From an uncultured Clostridia bacterium (lineage in GTDB: Bacteria; Bacillota; Clostridia; TANB77; CAG-508): a stretch of 64,000 bases of DNA. Below the pieces are notes generated by a model that ran no database searches, was not told the DNA's origin, and worked only from the letters and a program-made list of their open reading frames with translations. The translations under genes were made by a program, and so were the position numbers. This document shows positions 33,401 to 41,695 of this stretch, piece after piece. Each line of letters begins with the position of its first letter. The stretch's first letter is position 1. The stretch is taken from the NCBI GenBank assembly GCA_934162255.1, contig CAKPIG010000002.1, forward strand, positions 21,938-85,937, in the 5' to 3' direction.

Positions 33401-36400
33401 TGTTAGCCGTAATAGCAAGTTATGACTTAGGATTCGAAACATTAGAAGATACAATCGAATTATTAAAAAATATAATAAATACAATGTATGAATTAAAAAA
33501 ATGGAATGGTCATTTATACAATTGGTATAATATAAGAACAAAAGAAACATTAAAGCCAGAATACATTTCTACTGTAGATAGTGGAAATTTAGTAGGTTAT
33601 ATGTATACAACATTAGGATTTCTAGAAGAAATACCTGAAACAGATGAATTACAAACAAAATTAAAAGAGTTAATACAAAATACAGACTTTAAAAAATTAT
33701 ACAGTAAAGAACAAAGATTGTTTTCAATAGGATATAATGTAGAAGAAAATAAATTGACAGATTCATATTATGATTTACTAGCATCTGAAGCAAGACAAGC
33801 AAGTTTAATAGCAATTGCCAAAAGAGATGTATCATCAAAACAATGGAATAATTTAAGCAGAACATTAACAGTTTTAAAAAAGCATAAAGGATTAATATCA
33901 TGGTCAGGAACATCATTTGAATATTTAATGCCAAACATAAATATTCCAAAATATGAAGGAAGCTTACTTGATGAATCTTGTAAATTCTTAATAATGAATC
34001 AAATTGAATATAGTAAAAAACTTGGAATTCCATGGGGAATATCAGAGGCAGCATTTAATCTAAAAGACTTGCACTCAAATTATCAATACAAAGCATTTGG
34101 AGTGCCATGGCTTGGCTTAAAAAGAGGATTAGCAGATGAAATGGTTGTATCTAGCTATGGAAGTATTCTTGCAATAACGGAAAAACCAAAAGAAGTTATA
34201 CAAAATATTAAAACACTTGAAAAAAATAATATGTTTGGAAAATATGGACTTTATGAATCTATTGATTTTACACCAGAGAGGATGTCAAATGGCAAAAAGA
34301 GTGAAGTTGTAAAAACATTTATGGCACATCACCAAGCATTAATATTACTTTCAATAAACAATTTATTAAATAATAAAATCTTTCCAAAAAGATTTATGAA
34401 AAATCCAGAAATTCAAGCAATAAATATTTTATTACAAGAAAGAATGCCAGAAACTTTCATAATAACAAAAGAAAACAAAGAAAAGGCAGAAAAAATAAAA
34501 TATAAAGATTATGAAGATTATAGTGTAAGAGAAGTAAAACAAAATGATGATAGAATAATAAGAGGAAATGTTATAGGAAATGAGAAATATATAACAGCAA
34601 TAAATCAAAAAGGAATAGGCTTTAGTAAATTTGAAAATATTTATATAAATAGATTCAAAAAAACAGCTGATTATAATCAAGGAATATTCTTTTATATTAA
34701 AGAACACAAAAGTAATAAAATATGGAATGTGGCAGGAGATGAAGAAAAAGAAGCTATAGTTAGTTTCATGCCAGACAAGGATATATTTGAAACATCAGTT
34801 GGTAAAATAAAAACTAGATTAAAAATAATAGTTGATAGTGTAGAACCTGTTGAAATAAGAAGACTAGAAATAGTAAATGAAGGTGAAAAAGACAAAACAT
34901 TAGAAATTACTAGCTATTTTGAGCCAGTATTATCTCCAAAAGAGCCAGATTATGCTCATGAGGCATTTAATAATTTATCACTTATATATAATTATGAAAA
35001 AGAAGAAGATAGAATAATTATAAAAAGAAAAAGTAGAGAAATTAATAGAAAAGATGTATATTTAATTGCCAAGTTGCAAACAAATGCAGAAAAACTGCAA
35101 CAAACTGAATATGAAATAGATAAAGCAAAATTCATAGGAAGGAATAATCTAGGAATTCCAAAAATGATAAAAGAAAATACAAAGTTTTCTACAAAAACAG
35201 GATTAGTAACAGAAGGAATAATAGCTATAAAAAATACTATAAAAGTTCCTAAAAACTCAAAAGTATATGTGGATTTACTACTTTCTGCAGAGTATATTAA
35301 AAAATCAGCAATTAAAAATATAGAAAAATACAAAATTCAAGAAAATGTTACAAGAGAATTAGATATTGTAAAAGCCAAAACTGAAGCAGAAGCCAGATAT
35401 TTAGAAATAAAAGGAAAAGATATAAATATATATCAAACAATTTTATCATATATATTATTTGATAATCCTATAAAGCACAAGAACATGAAAGAAAAAACTT
35501 ATCTCAAAAGCGAATTATGGAAATATGGAATATCAGGAGATTTACCAATAATAACAGTAACAGTCAAATATATAAATGATTTATATGTAGTAAGACAAAT
35601 TCTAAAAGCGTACGAATATTTTAGAACAAAAAATATAAATATTGACTTAGTAATAATAGAAGAAGATTATATAAAAAGTGAAATTGAAAATACTATTTCA
35701 AATAATCATATGTCATATTTAAGGAACATAAGAGGAGGAATATTCGTAATATCAAGAGGAGAACTAAAGCAAACAGATTTAGAAGGAATAAAGTTTATTT
35801 CAGAAATAGTTTTAGACACTCATTTAGGAAACTTAGAAAACACAATAAAAGACATGGAAGACGAAATAATAGACAATTATAAAAAAATAGAAAAAAATAT
35901 AATAAAAATAGATGAAGAAGATTTAACACAAGACATTTATATAGATGAAAAAGATTTAAAATATTATAACGGATATGGAGGATTTTCTTTAGACGGAAAA
36001 GAATATGTAATAGGTATTAATAAGAAAAATAATTTACCTACAACATGGAGTCACATTATAGCAAATGAAAAATTTGGAACTGTACTAACAGAAAGCTATG
36101 GAGGATATACATGGTATAAAAATTGCAGACTAAACAGAATAACAAGCTGGCATAATTGTGCAAGTGTAAATATTCCATCAGAGGCAATTTATATTTATGA
36201 TAAAGAAAAAAATAAGATTTGGACTCCCACAGCAATGCCTAGCCCAGACAATAAATCATACAGTACAATATATGGATTTGGATATGCAAAATATTTACAC
36301 AGTAGTGATGAAATATTTCAAAAATTGGAGGTATTCGTTCCTGAAAAAGAAAGTTTAAAAATCAATATATTAACATTAAAAAATAATGCTCCGAAAAAGA

Positions 36401-37884
36401 AAAAAATGAAATTATATTATTATATAAAACCAGTTATAGGTGAAGATGAAATTCAAAGTAATGGTTTTATCAAATTAAACAATGAAAAAAATAGTAATAT
36501 GATTATAGCACAAAATATGTATCAAACAGAAGATTTTGAAAATGTGATATATATTTCTAGTAGTGAAAAAATAAAATCATATACAGGCAATAAAAAAGCC
36601 TTTTTTGGAAAAGGAGGAATACAAGAACCTGATATGATTTATAATACAGGATTAGACAATGATGATGAAATCCAAAATAGTTCATGTATTGTAATAGAAA
36701 TCGAAGCGGAAATAGAGAGCTTTTCAGAAAAAGAAATAGTATTTCTGCTAGGAGCAGAAGAAAAAATCAGTGATGCAAAAGCAATTGCAGAAAAATATTC
36801 TAATATAGAAAATTGTAAAAATGCTTATACAAAAATAAAAAACAAATGGAATAATGTATTAGGAAAAATTCAAATAAATACACCATGTGAATCAATGAAC
36901 ATTTTATTAAATGGTTGGATTATGTATCAAACAATTTCTAGCAGATTATTAGGAAGAAGCGGGTTATATCAATCAGGAGGTGCTGATGGATTTAGAGACC
37001 AACTGCAAGATGCAATATCTACAAAATTTATAGATTCGCAAATATTATATAATCAGATTATTAGAAACAGTAAACATCAATTTATAGAAGGAGATGTTGA
37101 ACACTGGTGGCATGAAGAAACACAGAAAGGAATAAGAACTAAGTTTTCAGATGACTTATTGTGGCTACCATATGCAATAATTCAATATATTGAATATACA
37201 GGAAATTATAATATATTAAATGAAAAAGCACCATATTTACAAGGAAAAGAATTATCTGAAAATGAATTAGAGGTATATGATAAGCATTTACCAAGTAATG
37301 TAGAAGAAACAATATATGAACATTGCAAAAAAGCAATAAAAAGAGCTTGCAAATTTGGAAAACATGGATTACCTAAAATAGGAAGTGGAGATTGGAATGA
37401 TGGATTTAATAATATTGGACCAAAAGGAAAAGGAGAAAGTGTATGGCTGGGATTCTTCTTATATAAAATACTAAAAGAATTTAGCGAAATATCAAAACAC
37501 ATGAATGAAGACGAAATTGCTGAAGAATACAATGATATAGCTGACAAATTAAAAAGTAACTTAAATCAAAATGCATGGGATGGACAATGGTATAAAAGAG
37601 CATTTGCAGACAATGGAGATGTATATGGAAGTAATGTAAATGAAGAATGCAAAATAGATAGTATTGCTCAAAGCTGGTCAGTAATATCAAAAGCTGGTGA
37701 AAAAGAAAAACTACTAACAGCAATGGAAAATTTAGAAAAGTATTTGATTGACAAAGAAAATGGAATAATAAAACTTTTAACACCACCTTTTGAAAATAGT
37801 AATTTAGAACCAGGTTATATAAAAGCATATTTGCCAGGAGTAAGAGAAAATGGAGGACAATACACACATGAGTGTTGTTGTTAG
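30412..37884 (+). CDS. cyclic beta-1,2-glucan synthase-like protein (GT84 glycosyltransferase, glucoamylase-like region, GH94 phosphorylase-like domain). 5' 2,486 codons of a gene interrupted by an inserted element; the last 4 codons (ECCC*) are element-derived.
   Basis: TTG start after AAGGAG. ITLDSDTELP (DxD) and SRWTRGDWQ GT motifs, multiple TM helices, GH94 motifs GADGFRDQLQD (about 36990) and GSGDWNDGFN (about 37390). The ORF breaks at GGQYTH at repeat 37857..37870. Confidence 0.85.
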   Translation: MKKYRNLSIEGAIIDEEQLNKHLEKIAMQQELKNKSDLNTYPIPQLLESYKKIKNVYNLLNENIKLEINIHPAGEWILDNFYVIEETVRQIEKELNEKKYTEFIGIQNGKYEGFARIYVLATEMVAYTDNKIDGENLKKYLQAYQTKKKLDMEEIWNIGLFLQIAIIKNIAELCEEIYINQIQKYKVKSIIERLVENKNKDELKYNKIEENKLTKYKSMKYPFIEYMTYSLKKYGKKAHKYLEILEQEVEKTGITVGEAIQKEHFNTAIQTISMANCITSIKKIQRINFLEIFENVNEVEEILKKDPAKIYQKMEYKTKEYYRNAIKEISKKTKISEVYIARKAIELCENEENNLKYKHVGYYLINDGIDELYKKIGIAKKKIKNNTKVKLYISLIIIFTIIISILISEKYTLILLIPVSEIVIQTLQCILGKIIKPKIIPKMDFYNGINEENATFVVIPTIVKSKEKVKELFRKLEVMYLSNKSKNLYFAVLGDCSENNKEEEQFDKEVEKQGIEEVERLNKKYPDNKFPKFHFIYRQRKYNPSEEKYLGWERKRGLLTQFNEYILKHEKNKFRVNTIEKETLPKIKYVITLDSDTELPLNTAFELVGSMAHILNKPEIDKQKNIVINGHALIQPRVGVNLEISNKNIFTKIFAGAGGIDNYTNAISDIYQDNFEEGIFTGKGIYNVEIFSKVLNNEIPENTVLSHDLLEGCYLRCGLATDIMLMDGYPQKYMSFMNRLSRWTRGDWQIRDWLNSKLNLLSKYKILDNLRRSLLEIFLLIIVFIEPISHLGMFITIYPFILEILNLLILRKEGEKKQKTFEPQIRGIKGAIYRAIITLGCLPYKAYIELISIIKTIYRTRISHKHLLEWMTSEEAENASKTTLKQYYKNMIVNIVASIIIMMIGMANNNVLLTIIGVLWIIMPAIMCEISKVYQNNKENLNKEEQEYVKEIARKTWGFFKEYLTQENNFLIPDNYQEDRKNSIVLRTSSTNIGLSMLAVIASYDLGFETLEDTIELLKNIINTMYELKKWNGHLYNWYNIRTKETLKPEYISTVDSGNLVGYMYTTLGFLEEIPETDELQTKLKELIQNTDFKKLYSKEQRLFSIGYNVEENKLTDSYYDLLASEARQASLIAIAKRDVSSKQWNNLSRTLTVLKKHKGLISWSGTSFEYLMPNINIPKYEGSLLDESCKFLIMNQIEYSKKLGIPWGISEAAFNLKDLHSNYQYKAFGVPWLGLKRGLADEMVVSSYGSILAITEKPKEVIQNIKTLEKNNMFGKYGLYESIDFTPERMSNGKKSEVVKTFMAHHQALILLSINNLLNNKIFPKRFMKNPEIQAINILLQERMPETFIITKENKEKAEKIKYKDYEDYSVREVKQNDDRIIRGNVIGNEKYITAINQKGIGFSKFENIYINRFKKTADYNQGIFFYIKEHKSNKIWNVAGDEEKEAIVSFMPDKDIFETSVGKIKTRLKIIVDSVEPVEIRRLEIVNEGEKDKTLEITSYFEPVLSPKEPDYAHEAFNNLSLIYNYEKEEDRIIIKRKSREINRKDVYLIAKLQTNAEKLQQTEYEIDKAKFIGRNNLGIPKMIKENTKFSTKTGLVTEGIIAIKNTIKVPKNSKVYVDLLLSAEYIKKSAIKNIEKYKIQENVTRELDIVKAKTEAEARYLEIKGKDINIYQTILSYILFDNPIKHKNMKEKTYLKSELWKYGISGDLPIITVTVKYINDLYVVRQILKAYEYFRTKNINIDLVIIEEDYIKSEIENTISNNHMSYLRNIRGGIFVISRGELKQTDLEGIKFISEIVLDTHLGNLENTIKDMEDEIIDNYKKIEKNIIKIDEEDLTQDIYIDEKDLKYYNGYGGFSLDGKEYVIGINKKNNLPTTWSHIIANEKFGTVLTESYGGYTWYKNCRLNRITSWHNCASVNIPSEAIYIYDKEKNKIWTPTAMPSPDNKSYSTIYGFGYAKYLHSSDEIFQKLEVFVPEKESLKINILTLKNNAPKKKKMKLYYYIKPVIGEDEIQSNGFIKLNNEKNSNMIIAQNMYQTEDFENVIYISSSEKIKSYTGNKKAFFGKGGIQEPDMIYNTGLDNDDEIQNSSCIVIEIEAEIESFSEKEIVFLLGAEEKISDAKAIAEKYSNIENCKNAYTKIKNKWNNVLGKIQINTPCESMNILLNGWIMYQTISSRLLGRSGLYQSGGADGFRDQLQDAISTKFIDSQILYNQIIRNSKHQFIEGDVEHWWHEETQKGIRTKFSDDLLWLPYAIIQYIEYTGNYNILNEKAPYLQGKELSENELEVYDKHLPSNVEETIYEHCKKAIKRACKFGKHGLPKIGSGDWNDGFNNIGPKGKGESVWLGFFLYKILKEFSEISKHMNEDEIAEEYNDIADKLKSNLNQNAWDGQWYKRAFADNGDVYGSNVNEECKIDSIAQSWSVISKAGEKEKLLTAMENLEKYLIDKENGIIKLLTPPFENSNLEPGYIKAYLPGVRENGGQYTHECCC
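37857..37870 (+). repeat. left att core (attL)
   Basis: ACAATACACACATG, identical to 47445..47458. Confidence 0.85.
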
Positions 37885-38019
37885 CACCATTTTTTTATAA
37901 ATATTGATACTCTTAAATACATAAAAGTTATTAAATTAGTATTAAAAGTATTAAAAATTGCATACTTTTGATACAAAATGATAACAAAATTAAAAATTTG
38001 TAGCATATATTATCTAATT

Positions 38020-38052
38020 TTCTGCATATAAAATTTCAAAATATATGCAGAA
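38020..38052. promoter_or_regulatory. operator-like perfect palindrome upstream of the first cargo gene
   Basis: TTCTGCATATA-N11-TATATGCAGAA. A partial third half-site ATGTGCAGA lies at about 38064. Confidence 0.35.
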
Positions 38053-38116
38053 AAGCATAAAGTATGTGCAGATAAAATATAAAATATTTTAAATAAGATT
38101 TATTATTTTCATAAAA

Positions 38117-38125
38117 TGTGATAAT
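38117..38125 (+). promoter_or_regulatory. extended -10 promoter element (TGtGATAAT)
   Basis: TGTGATAAT about 37 nt upstream of ATG 38162. No good -35 was seen. Confidence 0.4.
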
Positions 38126-38161
38126 ATATATAATATAAAATCAATTAGAAAGAGGTAGAAT

Positions 38162-39619
38162 ATGAGTTTGTCAAAAATAAATTCAAGAATTAATTTAGAT
38201 TATTTGAAGAACGAAAAAGAAAATTTATATTTTGATAGAAAAAGAGCTAAAATTTCATTACAGGATTTAGCAAATGAAATAGCTTCATTTGCAAATTCTA
38301 ATGGTGGAATAATCGTAGTAGGAATAACTGACGATGGAAAAATAGAAGGATTTAATATATATGGTGAAGATAAATTAAATGATTGTCAAAAAGTTGTAAC
38401 CAATTATTTGAAAAATACACCAACATATAGAATGGAATTATTGGATATTAAAAATGAAAAAGGAGAAATGGATAATTTATTACTGTTTCATATTGAGCCA
38501 GAATTAAATTATATAATTAGAAATAATAAAGATGAAGTTTTTTGTAGACAGGGAGATTCATCTATAAAATTAAATGCAAATCAAATTAGAAGTTTAGAGT
38601 ATGACAGAAAAGAAAGAGATTTTGAAGCTGAAATCATACTTGAATCATCAATAAAAGATATTGATATGGATATTATGACATTATATAAAAAGAAAATTGA
38701 CACAGATTTATCTGATGAAGAAGTATTAAAAGCTAGAGGATTCTTAAGAGAGAAAAATGGAGAATACCATTTAACAAAAGCTGGTATGTTATTATTTGGA
38801 AAAAATCCATCTATTTATCTACCAAGTGCTAGGGTAAGAGTTTTGAAGTTTGAAGGAACTGAATTCAAAGTTGGAACAGAAATGAATATAATAAAAGATA
38901 GAACTTTTGATAAATGTTTGTTTAAAATATTGGAACAGGCGAGAGAGTTTATTAATTCTCAATTAAGGGAGTTTACTCATTTAAACACAGATGGAGTTTT
39001 TGAAACTGTACCAGAATATCCAGAGTTTGCATGGTATGAGGGATTAGTAAATGCAGTATGTCATAGAGATTATTCAAATAGTGGAGAATATATAATAGTA
39101 AAATTATTTGATGATAGATTAGAAATATCTAGTCCAGGAAAATTGGGTGGATTTGTAACATTAGAAACAATGAAAAACAAGAGATATTCAAGAAATCCAC
39201 AAATTGCAAGAGTATTGAATGAGCTAGGTATAGTAAGAGAATTAAATGAGGGTGTAAAAAGAATATATAGCGAAATGCAGAGATTTTATTTAAAAGATCC
39301 TGTATATACAGAGCCAGATAGAAATTCTGTATTATTGGTTTTAGATAATAATATTGCAGTAAGAGCTAATAGAAAGCAAGAAACATTGAAAAAATCAGAT
39401 GCAATTAAGGATAAATGGAAATTGTTGAATTACGCAGAAAAACAGGTTTTACAGGTTATAAATGATAAAGGTGAATTAACATCAGATGATGTTTCTCAAA
39501 TAATTAATAGAGGTAAGACAACAGCGGTAAAATTATTAAATAAACTTATAGATTTGGATTTGATAGTATGGACAGGAACTTCAAAGAATGATAGTTATGG
39601 AAGATATAAGATGAAGTAG
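38162..39619 (+). CDS. AlbA_2 (Schlafen-like) + HATPase_c_4 + C-terminal winged-helix protein (the 'RecG-like putative transcriptional regulator' family)
   Basis: N-terminus ENLYFDRKRAKISLQDLANEIASFANSNGGIIVVGITDDGKIEG (AlbA_2 pattern). YEGLVNAVCHRDYSNSGEYIIVKLFDDRLEISSPG (HATPase_c_4 pattern). wHTH-like tail EKQVLQVINDKGELTSDDVSQII. Confidence 0.8.
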   Translation: MSLSKINSRINLDYLKNEKENLYFDRKRAKISLQDLANEIASFANSNGGIIVVGITDDGKIEGFNIYGEDKLNDCQKVVTNYLKNTPTYRMELLDIKNEKGEMDNLLLFHIEPELNYIIRNNKDEVFCRQGDSSIKLNANQIRSLEYDRKERDFEAEIILESSIKDIDMDIMTLYKKKIDTDLSDEEVLKARGFLREKNGEYHLTKAGMLLFGKNPSIYLPSARVRVLKFEGTEFKVGTEMNIIKDRTFDKCLFKILEQAREFINSQLREFTHLNTDGVFETVPEYPEFAWYEGLVNAVCHRDYSNSGEYIIVKLFDDRLEISSPGKLGGFVTLETMKNKRYSRNPQIARVLNELGIVRELNEGVKRIYSEMQRFYLKDPVYTEPDRNSVLLVLDNNIAVRANRKQETLKKSDAIKDKWKLLNYAEKQVLQVINDKGELTSDDVSQIINRGKTTAVKLLNKLIDLDLIVWTGTSKNDSYGRYKMK

Positions 39620-39630
39620 AACATATATTA

Positions 39631-39666
39631 TGAGGTGTTCAGTGGTGTTCAGAGCTGTTCACTTTA
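39631..39666 (+). repeat. 36-bp direct repeat, copy 1 (three TGTTCA sub-repeats)
   Basis: TGAGGTGTTCAGTGGTGTTCAGAGCTGTTCACTTTA, identical to 39712..39747. Confidence 0.9.
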
Positions 39667-39711
39667 GTGAATACTTTGAAAATTAAATGAATTAAACTAT
39701 AATATTATTTG

Positions 39712-39747
39712 TGAGGTGTTCAGTGGTGTTCAGAGCTGTTCACTTTA
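39712..39747 (+). repeat. 36-bp direct repeat, copy 2
   Basis: Identical to 39631..39666. Weaker similarity continues for about 17 nt beyond each copy. Confidence 0.9.
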
Positions 39748-39851
39748 CCGAACACTTAGAATAAAAAATGTATATAGAATGTGAAACAAATTTACTAAAA
39801 ATATTAAAAAGTTTCACATTGTAATTAATTGAATATTAAAATAAAAAAGCA

Positions 39852-39885
39852 TTTACAACGTAAAAGTTGTAGGTGTTTTTTTATT
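39852..39885 (+). terminator. weak terminator-like hairpin
   Basis: TACAAC-GTAAAA-GTTGTA, then AGGTG and T7. The stem is short and the T tract is offset. Confidence 0.35.
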
Positions 39886-40235
39886 TGCAAGAGATAATGC
39901 CTCAAACTCTATAAAAGTGATAAGGTTAGATGAAGCCGATGCTATAAAGTCTATTCGTATGAGTATAAACAGTCTATTTATACAGAGTGCGTCAGTGAGA
40001 TCTTTTAACAAAAACTCACAATAAATAAAGAGTCTTGGTGGATACTTGGATGTGGATTTATAATTGTAAAAAGCTTGGACAAGTGAAAACATGGATATTA
40101 AGTTATCAGTAATTATAGTAGTAAAACTACTTACTAGACTACCTATGAAACTAGCGAGCGACTGACGGTTTCTTAAAATGATTTATAAAATAAATAAGAT
40201 TATTTATCGAAAAAAATACTTTTTTTTATATTTTA

Positions 40236-40244
40236 TGATATAAT
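40236..40244 (+). promoter_or_regulatory. extended -10 promoter element (TGaTATAAT) for the helicase gene
   Basis: TGATATAAT about 63 nt upstream of ATG 40307. GGAGG RBS at about 40296. Confidence 0.45.
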
Positions 40245-40306
40245 TATATAAGGAAGAAATGGTTTAATGCGATAGTAATTGTATTTTATATGAATGGAGG
40301 ATATAA

Positions 40307-41656
40307 ATGGCTAATATACAAAATAATAAATTGAAATTAGAAGAACATCAAGAAAAAGCATATAAAAATGTAGAAAAATTATTTGAAGAAAAAGGAAAAG
40401 CAGCAGTTATTTTTCCAACTGGATGTGGAAAATCATTTGTTGTTTTAAAGTACATATTAGAACATCCTGATGAAAGAATACTTTTTTTATCACCTAGAAA
40501 TGCTATTAAAGATCAAATGTATGAATATATTGTAAGGTTTATCGGAGGAGACTTTAGGCCAATAGAAGAAATACAAGCTGAAAGTGGAAATATGAAAAAT
40601 GCAGCTAAACAATATATTCCTAATATAGAGTGTATGCTATATCAAACAATTATGGGAATTGACGAAAAAGATAATATAGATGAATTGATAACTAGATTAA
40701 ATCCTGATGTTATAGTAATCGATGAAATGCATCATTTAAAAACTTCTAAAGAGATTAGTATAGATGATGAGATTGAAAATGACATTGATATTGAGAAAGA
40801 TGAAGTAGGTAATGATGATAGAGCTTCTCAAGAAAATAAATGGGGGCAAAAATTTAAACGATTATTAGAAATGTGTCCACAAGCTAAATTGTTGGGTTTA
40901 TCTGCAACGCCGATTAGAAATGATGGGGCAAATGTCGTTGAAAGACTTTTTGAAGATGCTATAGCTGAAGAAATATCATTATTAGAAGCAATTGAAGCTG
41001 GAATTATATATCCACCTAAGTATGTTGTACCAGATTTTATAAGAGAAGATGAGTTAGAATCTTTATTAGAAAAGATAAATTCTGTTGAAGATGAAAGAAA
41101 AGAAGAATTAAAAGCAGAGTATGATGAACTTGTAAAAAAATCAGATAAAGCTAAGGGTATTCCAGACTTATTAAAAGAAAATATAACAGAACAAGATGGA
41201 AAGTATATAATTTTTTGTAAAGACATAGAAGATATGAAAGATAAAATGTCAAAGGCTAAAGAGTGGTTTGGAGAAATCGATGGCGAACCAGAAATATATG
41301 GAATACATTCCAAAGATAATACAAGTAGTAAACAACTTCAAGCATTTAATAATTCTAGTTCTAAACATTTAAAATTAATGTATTGTGTTGGAATGATAGA
41401 TGAAGGTGTACATTTAAACAATATTTCTGGAGTAATACTTGCAGCAAAAACTGGAAGTAGACCAACGTATTTACAAAGAATAGGAAGGGCAATTTCATCT
41501 GGAAGAGATAAAAAACAATCATTAGTAATTGATTTAGTAAATAATAATGAAATATTAGCTGATGAACACAATACACAATATGGATATGAAATAAGTGATT
41601 TAGAAGCATTAGAAAAATTAGTAGATTGGATTGAAAATCAAAATGATGGGAAGTGA
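40307..41656 (+). CDS. SF2 helicase (ResIII/DEXH + Helicase_C); ends at a TGA that is in frame with the next ORF
   Basis: Motif I FPTGCGKSF, motif II VIDEMHH, motif III LSATP, motif VI YLQRIGRAIS. Confidence 0.85.
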   Translation: MANIQNNKLKLEEHQEKAYKNVEKLFEEKGKAAVIFPTGCGKSFVVLKYILEHPDERILFLSPRNAIKDQMYEYIVRFIGGDFRPIEEIQAESGNMKNAAKQYIPNIECMLYQTIMGIDEKDNIDELITRLNPDVIVIDEMHHLKTSKEISIDDEIENDIDIEKDEVGNDDRASQENKWGQKFKRLLEMCPQAKLLGLSATPIRNDGANVVERLFEDAIAEEISLLEAIEAGIIYPPKYVVPDFIREDELESLLEKINSVEDERKEELKAEYDELVKKSDKAKGIPDLLKENITEQDGKYIIFCKDIEDMKDKMSKAKEWFGEIDGEPEIYGIHSKDNTSSKQLQAFNNSSSKHLKLMYCVGMIDEGVHLNNISGVILAAKTGSRPTYLQRIGRAISSGRDKKQSLVIDLVNNNEILADEHNTQYGYEISDLEALEKLVDWIENQNDGK

Positions 41657-41695
41657 CCAGAATATGCAGAAGATAAATCTACTAAAGAAAAAGCA

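Noticed and set aside
39631-39747. Two identical 36-bp repeats separated by a 45-bp spacer could be read as a minimal CRISPR array.
   Set aside because: There are only two copies and no cas genes in the window. The repeats are themselves built from three tandem 10-nt sub-repeats. Similarity extends beyond the repeat into the would-be spacers, which is not CRISPR-like.
39853-40092. 79-aa minus-strand ORF in the cargo spacer.
   Set aside because: It has no Shine-Dalgarno sequence upstream of its ATG, its 3' end runs through the hairpin, and it has no recognisable motif. It is likely a chance ORF in A/T-rich DNA.
39620-40300. Type III toxin-antitoxin locus (repeat RNA, then terminator, then toxin).
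   Set aside because: The repeats are not strictly tandem. No ToxN/AbiQ-sized ORF follows the hairpin at 39852..39885; only short unanchored frame fragments do. At best this is a degraded relic, so it is kept as an open question inside the findings rather than called.
41654-41656. TGA reassigned to a sense codon (genetic code 4 or 25) in this organism or in the element's donor.
   Set aside because: All housekeeping ORFs in the window are intact under the standard code with no internal TGA. Trp is encoded by TGG throughout, including within the helicase/HA ORFs. A code-4 origin would predict several in-frame TGAs, not one.
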